From an uncultured delta proteobacterium (lineage in GTDB: Bacteria; Myxococcota; Myxococcia; Myxococcales; Myxococcaceae), in assembly GCA_963776345.1 (NCBI GenBank), contig CAVZMH010000002.1:1-64000 (forward strand): a DNA stretch of 64,000 nt, given 5' to 3'. This document shows, in pieces, positions 58,981 through 64,000 of the stretch (the first letter of the stretch is position 1; each line of letters starts with the position of its first letter). Under the pieces are notes generated by a model, which saw only the letters and a list, made by a program, of their open reading frames with translations, was not told where the DNA came from and did not search any database. A program made the position numbers and the translations under genes.

Positions 58981-61116
58981 GTGCTTCCTGGCTTGCTCCT
59001 TTCCGTGCTCGTGGCCGCTGGCCCGGCACCCTCTCCGACCGCGAGCGGGGCCGTCCACGAGGGCAAGCCGAGGGTGCATGCGACCCTGGTCTCCGAGCTG
59101 ACCCAGGTGGAGCCGGGCGGCGCGTTCCGGCTCGGGGTGCAGCTCCGGATGGCGCCCGGGTGGTACGTCTACTGGAAGAATCCGGGCGAGGCGGGACTCC
59201 CGAGCGAGGTGGTCTGGGACGCGCCCCGCGTCACGGTGGGGCCACTCACCTGGCCTGCGCCGGAGGTGCACCGGAGCCCCGACGGCACCATCACCAGCTA
59301 CGGCTATGGCGGGGAGGTGGTGCTCTTCGCCACCGCCCGCGCGCAGCCCGAGGTGCAGCCGCCGCTGACGGTGGTGGCCACCGCCGAGGTGCTGGTCTGC
59401 CAGGTGCAGTGCATCCCGGCCCGCTTCGAGCTCACCCGCGTGCTCGGGGTCGGTCCCCGGCAGGCCGATGCGGCGGGCGCGGCGCTCCTCGAGGCCGCGG
59501 CGGCTCGCGTGCCCCGCCCCCCGGCCGCCGCGGGGCTGCGGGTGGCCATCCGGCGGACCACCGCCTTCGTGCCCGGCCAGCCGTTCGAGGGCGAGCTGAC
59601 GGTGGAGCGCGCCGACGGAAGCCCCGAGCCGCTCGCCGACGCCGACGCCTTCGTCCCGGAGCGGCTCCCCGGAGTCGTCTCGGTCACGGGCATCGCCGAG
59701 GGGCCCGGCCGGCTCCGGCTGTGGGGGAAGGCCGCCGCCGACGCGCCGGCCCCGCCGTCGCGGATGGCCGGGGTGGTCACCCTCGCCGGCGGCGGCGCCA
59801 TCGAGGTGAGCGGGCCGTTCGAGCTCCCGCCCGGCCTCGCTCCCCGGCCCGCCGCCGCGACGCCGCCGGTCGCGGCGCGGACGCCGGGGTTGCCGTGGGT
59901 GCTGCTGCTCGCCTTCCTCGGCGGCGTGCTCCTCAACGCCATGCCCTGCGTCTTCCCGGTGCTGGCGCTGAAGGCGTACGGGTTCGCGCGCACCGTCCAA
60001 GCCGACCACGGCTCGGTGCGAAGGCACGCGCTGGCGTACACCGGAGGAATCCTCGCCTCGCTGCTGGTCCTCGCCGTGGCGGTGCTGGGCCTCCGCGCCG
60101 CGGGCCACGCCGTCGGCTGGGGCTTTCAGTTCCAGGAGCCGCTCTTCGTCGCCGTCCTCTCCGGGGTGGTGCTCCTGTTCGCCCTCAACCTGCTCGGGGT
60201 GTTCGAGCTCACGCCGCCGAGCCACGGCACCGGGTCTCTGGTGGCGGCGGTGGATCACTCCCACGGCCCGCTCCGGAGCGCGGGCGAGGGCGTGCTCGCG
60301 GTGGTGCTCGCCACGCCCTGCTCCGCGCCGCTGCTCGGGACGGCGGTGGGCTTCGCCTTCGCGGCCAGCGCGCCGGTGGTCCTCGCCGTCTTCGCCGCGG
60401 TGGGCCTCGGCCTCGCCGCGCCCTTCTGCGCGCTGGTGCTGGTGCCGGGGCTCCGGACCCGGCTGCCGCGGCCGGGCGCATGGATGGAGCGCGGCAAGCA
60501 GCTCCTCGGCTTCGCGCTGCTCGGCACCGGGGTGTGGCTCGCGGGCATCCTCGGGGCGCTCGCCGGGGTGGACGGGGTGGTGCGGCTGCTCGCCTTCCTG
60601 GTGGTGGTCGCGCTCGCCGCCTGGGCCTGGGGCGCGTGGCGCCGCGGGCCGGTGCTCGCCGCGGGGCTGGCCCTGGTGCTGGTGACCGGCTTCCTGGCGC
60701 TGCGCTTCGGCGCGGGGCCGGCGTCGGCGGTCGGGCGCGAGGCCTGGAGCGACGAGGCCGTGGCCAGGAGCCTCGCCCAGGGCCGGCCGGTGCTGGTCGA
60801 CTTCACCGCGGAGTGGTGCCTGAGCTGCAAGTTCAACGAGCGCACCGTGCTCGCCTCCGAGCCGGTGCGGTCGGCGCTGGCCCGCACCCGGACCCAGCTG
60901 CTGGTGGCCGACTGGACGCGCCGCGACGCCGGCATCGCCCGCCGTCTTGCCGCGCACGGGCGGGCCGGCGTCCCGATGTACCTGGTCTACTCGCCGGCGC
61001 ACCCCGACCAGCCCGAGGTGCTGCCCGAGCTCCTCACCGTGGACCTGGTGGTCTCCGCGCTGGAGCGGGCCTCAACCGGACAGGGCGCGCTCGGGCTCTC
61101 CTCGTCCCCGAGGTGA
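58981..61116 (+). CDS. dsbD: Thiol:disulfide interchange protein DsbD family
   Basis: GWYVYWKNPG, LVCQVQCIP, LNAMPCVFPVL, ATPCSAP, DFTAEWCLSCK. Confidence 0.9.
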   Translation: MLPGLLLSVLVAAGPAPSPTASGAVHEGKPRVHATLVSELTQVEPGGAFRLGVQLRMAPGWYVYWKNPGEAGLPSEVVWDAPRVTVGPLTWPAPEVHRSPDGTITSYGYGGEVVLFATARAQPEVQPPLTVVATAEVLVCQVQCIPARFELTRVLGVGPRQADAAGAALLEAAAARVPRPPAAAGLRVAIRRTTAFVPGQPFEGELTVERADGSPEPLADADAFVPERLPGVVSVTGIAEGPGRLRLWGKAAADAPAPPSRMAGVVTLAGGGAIEVSGPFELPPGLAPRPAAATPPVAARTPGLPWVLLLAFLGGVLLNAMPCVFPVLALKAYGFARTVQADHGSVRRHALAYTGGILASLLVLAVAVLGLRAAGHAVGWGFQFQEPLFVAVLSGVVLLFALNLLGVFELTPPSHGTGSLVAAVDHSHGPLRSAGEGVLAVVLATPCSAPLLGTAVGFAFAASAPVVLAVFAAVGLGLAAPFCALVLVPGLRTRLPRPGAWMERGKQLLGFALLGTGVWLAGILGALAGVDGVVRLLAFLVVVALAAWAWGAWRRGPVLAAGLALVLVTGFLALRFGAGPASAVGREAWSDEAVARSLAQGRPVLVDFTAEWCLSCKFNERTVLASEPVRSALARTRTQLLVADWTRRDAGIARRLAAHGRAGVPMYLVYSPAHPDQPEVLPELLTVDLVVSALERASTGQGALGLSSSPR

Positions 61117-61302
61117 GCGTCGGCAGCTCCGGCGCCGGCGGCGGCGGTCGGGCGCGCCGGGCGCACTGTCCGGTACGCCGAGACCGCGCCCGGGGGCGCT
61201 CGCCGGGGGCCGCACTCCGGCTAGAGTCCGGCACCGGCCGGTGGGATGGAGGGCGGCAGGTCCGGCTGTCGCCCGGGGCTGGCCTGAGGGGACGTCATTC
61301 CG

Positions 61303-61974
61303 ATGAGGATCGGCCTTGCCCGGGCGCCGCTGCTCGCGCTGTGCTTCGCCGCGACGGGGGTGAGCGCCGAGGAGCTGCCCACCCACTTCGAGGCGGCGGC
61401 GCGGGTGGGGATGGGCATTCCCATCGGCAACGCCGTGGGCTCTACCCAGAACACGCCGAACGGAACGAGCCTCGGGGACCTGGTGGCCTGGACGGTGCCG
61501 CTCCAGCTCGACATCGGGGCCCGCATCGGCCCGGCGTTCGTCGGCGGCTACCTGGCCTACGCCTTCGGCAAGACGGGCAGCGCGCTGGACACCGGGACCG
61601 CGCGCTCGGCGAGCGACGTCCGGGTCGGCTTCGAGGTGCTCTGGCATCTCGGGCCCGACCGCAAGGTGGACCCCTGGGTCGGCCTGGGGGTGGGCTACGA
61701 GTGGCTCAACCTCAGCGTCACCGGCAACGGCGGGAAGGTGTACGCCAGCGCCCGCGGCTTCGAGTGGACGAACCTGCAGCTCGGCATCGACTTCGTCCTC
61801 GGCCGGAACTTCCGGCTCGGCCCGTTCGTCATGGCCAACATCGCCGAGTACGACGTCGGGAGCCTGGGCCTGATCAACGGGCAGGGCACCGACGTCGGGG
61901 GCAGCAGCGATCTGCAGAGCAAGGCGGTGCACGCCTGGATCGACATCGGGCTGCGTTTTGCGTTCTTGCTGTGA
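61303..61974 (+). CDS. Outer membrane beta-barrel protein
   Basis: Signal peptide, amphipathic strands, DPWVGLGVGYEW, C-terminal aromatic-rich strand. Confidence 0.75.
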   Translation: MRIGLARAPLLALCFAATGVSAEELPTHFEAAARVGMGIPIGNAVGSTQNTPNGTSLGDLVAWTVPLQLDIGARIGPAFVGGYLAYAFGKTGSALDTGTARSASDVRVGFEVLWHLGPDRKVDPWVGLGVGYEWLNLSVTGNGGKVYASARGFEWTNLQLGIDFVLGRNFRLGPFVMANIAEYDVGSLGLINGQGTDVGGSSDLQSKAVHAWIDIGLRFAFLL

Positions 61975-62126
61975 CAAGCGTTGACGGCTGTGCGCCCGGG
62001 TACGTGGGTCGCGACGCACGCCCTGGACCGCGAAGGTCGTCCACGACCCGGCCGGACCCGAGGCGAAGTGCCTGGATTCCCGCGGTTCCTCCTCTGGCGT
62101 GACAGCTGCAAACAGAGAGCCCAGCG

Positions 62127-62408
62127 ATGGCCAGCTCTGCACAGCGAACGAGGTGTCAGGTCCCCCAGTGCGGACGGCCGGTCCACAGCCGCGGCTACTG
62201 CGCCAGCCACTACCGGCAGCTGCTCCGTGGACGCGTGCCCAGCCGCCCCATCCGTCCCCGAGGGCGCGGCGAGAAGCCGGTGCTCGCGGTGCGGCTCCCG
62301 GCGCCGCTCATCTCGGCCATGGACCGCCAGCTGCGCCGCGCGGGCCTGAGCCGCGCCGAGCTGCTCGAGCAGCTGGTGCACCGCTGGGTGCGGCGGAACG
62401 GACGCTGA
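62127..62408 (+). CDS. Zn-finger (C-x4-C-x9-C-x2-H) + ribbon-helix-helix small DNA-binding protein
   Basis: CQVPQCGRPVHSRGYCASHY; LAVRLP..AMD..RAGLSRAELL. Confidence 0.65.
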   Translation: MASSAQRTRCQVPQCGRPVHSRGYCASHYRQLLRGRVPSRPIRPRGRGEKPVLAVRLPAPLISAMDRQLRRAGLSRAELLEQLVHRWVRRNGR

Positions 62409-62420
62409 GGCGCCGGGCGG

Positions 62421-63080
62421 CTACCGCTTCTTCCTGGCGAGGGTCAGGCCGTCGCCCACCGAGAGGACCACCGCGTCCACCCGCGCGTCGTCGCGCACCT
62501 TGAGGTTCAGGGCGCGGAGGGCCGCGGTGTCCGCGTCGTTCACCGCGGGATCCGCCACCCGGCCGTACCAGAGCACGTTGTCGATGGCGATGAGCCCGCC
62601 GGCCCGCACCAGCGCGAGGCACGCCTCGTAGTACCCGTCGTAGCCGGTCTTGTCGGCGTCGATGAACGCCAGGTCCTGGCTCCCCGGCCCCTCGGCGGCG
62701 AGCAGCGCCGCCAGCGTCTCGCTGGCCGGGGCGAGCCGCAGGTCGATGCGGTCCTCCACCCCGGCCTCGCTCCAGTAGCGCCGGGCGACGGAGGTGTACT
62801 CCTCGCTCACGTCGCAGCAGACGACGCGTCCCCCGGGGGGGAGCGCCATCGCCATCGCCAGCGCGCTGTAGCCGGTGAAGGTGCCCACCTCCACCACCCG
62901 CCGCGCGTCGAGCAGGCGGACCAGGAGCCCGAGGAGGAGGCCCTGGTCCGGGCCGATCTGCATCGAGGCCCGCGGATGGCCTCGCGTCTCCTGCCGCAGC
63001 CGCTCCTGGACGTCGGTGCGCGGCGAGAGCACGTCGAAGAGGTACCGCTCCAGGGGCTCGGGGAGGAAGCTGCGGGCCAT
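62421..63080 (-). CDS. O-methyltransferase (CCoAOMT/COMT family)
   Basis: MQIGPDQG, VEVGTFTGYSA, FIDADK, DNVLWYG. Confidence 0.92.
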   Translation of the reverse strand: MARSFLPEPLERYLFDVLSPRTDVQERLRQETRGHPRASMQIGPDQGLLLGLLVRLLDARRVVEVGTFTGYSALAMAMALPPGGRVVCCDVSEEYTSVARRYWSEAGVEDRIDLRLAPASETLAALLAAEGPGSQDLAFIDADKTGYDGYYEACLALVRAGGLIAIDNVLWYGRVADPAVNDADTAALRALNLKVRDDARVDAVVLSVGDGLTLARKKR

Positions 63081-63136
63081 CGCCACCGAACCTTGCGCGA
63101 GGTCGGCGCCCGGGGACAAGCTGCCCCCCGGCCCAG

Positions 63137-64000
63137 GTGACCAAGACGCCCTCCTCCGACGTGGACCTCAACCGGGTGGCGGTCTTCCTCCGGGTGGTGG
63201 AGCTCCGGAGCTTCACCGCCGCGGCCGAGGCGCTGGGCCTGCCCAAGTCCAGCGTCAGCCGGAGCGTGGCGCGGCTCGAGGAGTCGCTCGGGGTGCAGCT
63301 GCTCCAGCGCACCACCCGCAGCGTGCAGCTCACCGAGGCGGGCCGGGTGTACTTCGAGGAGGCCTCGCGGGCGCTGTCCACGCTCGAGCAGGCGCACCAG
63401 ACGCTGTCCCAGCTCGAGGGCCGTCCGCAGGGCGCGGTGCGCATCACCGCCCCGGTGGACCTCGGGGCGCGGGTGCTGGCGCAGCTCGCCGCGCGCTTCA
63501 CCCGCCGCACGCCGGGCATCACCCTGGAGTTCATCCTCACCGGCCGCCTGGTGAACCTGGTGGACGAGGGCGTGGACCTGGCGGTGCGCGCCGGAACGCT
63601 CCGGGACAGCTCGCTCATCTCGCGGCGGGTGAACCGGCTCGAGCCCTGGCTCTTTGCCAGCCCGGGCTACCTGGACGCCCGCGGGACGCCCACCGCGGTG
63701 GAGCAGCTCGCCGAGCACGACTGCGTGCTCTTCCGCCCCAGGCGTGGCCACGTCGAGTGGACGCTGACCGGCCCGGGAGGAACCGCCCGGGTCACCGTGC
63801 GCGGCCCCGTGGCCGGTGACGACTTCACCTTCCTCCGCGAGGCGGTGCTGGCAGGCGCGGGCATCGGGCTATTGCCTGCGCTGCACTGCGAACAGGACCT
63901 GGCCCGGGGCAGGCTGGTGCGTCTCCTCTCGCCCTACACCGGCGTCGCGGCCCCGCTCCACGTGGTCTGGCCGGCGTCGCGGCACGTGCCGAAGCGGGTG
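63137..64000 (+). CDS. LysR family transcriptional regulator (runs off the window end)
   Basis: DLNRVAVFLRVVELRSFTAAAEALGLPKSSVSRSVARLEESLGVQLLQRTTRSVQLTEAG. Confidence 0.92.
   Translation, partial: MTKTPSSDVDLNRVAVFLRVVELRSFTAAAEALGLPKSSVSRSVARLEESLGVQLLQRTTRSVQLTEAGRVYFEEASRALSTLEQAHQTLSQLEGRPQGAVRITAPVDLGARVLAQLAARFTRRTPGITLEFILTGRLVNLVDEGVDLAVRAGTLRDSSLISRRVNRLEPWLFASPGYLDARGTPTAVEQLAEHDCVLFRPRRGHVEWTLTGPGGTARVTVRGPVAGDDFTFLREAVLAGAGIGLLPALHCEQDLARGRLVRLLSPYTGVAAPLHVVWPASRHVPKRV

Noticed and set aside
62150..62160. Further copy of the GAGGTGTC palindrome (also a weak one near 22230-22247)
   Set aside because: Only a half-site or degenerate match, explained by coding sequence (R-C-Q).

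Overview
GC-rich bacterial window. MYXO-CTERM sorting tails, a deltaproteobacterial-type BirA operator and the gene content point to a myxobacterium (Myxococcota); this is an inference. 1-~5.7 kb is a visibly less GC-rich accessory/defence-like tract: an HsdS/TRD-like protein, an HNH-repeat + PD-(D/E)XK nuclease, an RQC-HRDC protein and an RNase H-fold protein, all frameshifted, abutting a 5'-truncated sigma54 activator. 6.1-16.3 kb holds the best candidate for a novel system, a minus-strand, translationally coupled, tandemly duplicated cassette: [PqqD/RRE domain fused to a twin-arginine-like leader and a 6-Cys knottin-like core] -> nucleotidyltransferase -> MYXO-CTERM-anchored gingipain (C25) protease with a beta-helix passenger -> second RRE-peptide fusion -> second C25 protease. 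An HPr-kinase-like gene lies 8 kb away. The rest is mostly housekeeping: CzcCBA-type RND pump, bioBFAD with a BirA operator, M20 peptidase, radA, rsfS-rlmH, gpmI, comF, DUF3857 transglutaminase, dsbD and LysR. Two UGA-readthrough selenoprotein genes are missed or truncated by the ORF track (Rdx/SelW CxxU; DedA-rhodanese CxU), each with a SECIS-like hairpin 14 nt after UGA. A dispersed 17-bp palindrome (GAGGTGTC-N-GACACCTC) forms one array and also sits in-frame inside a gene. All family assignments come from motif recognition by eye, not database searches.
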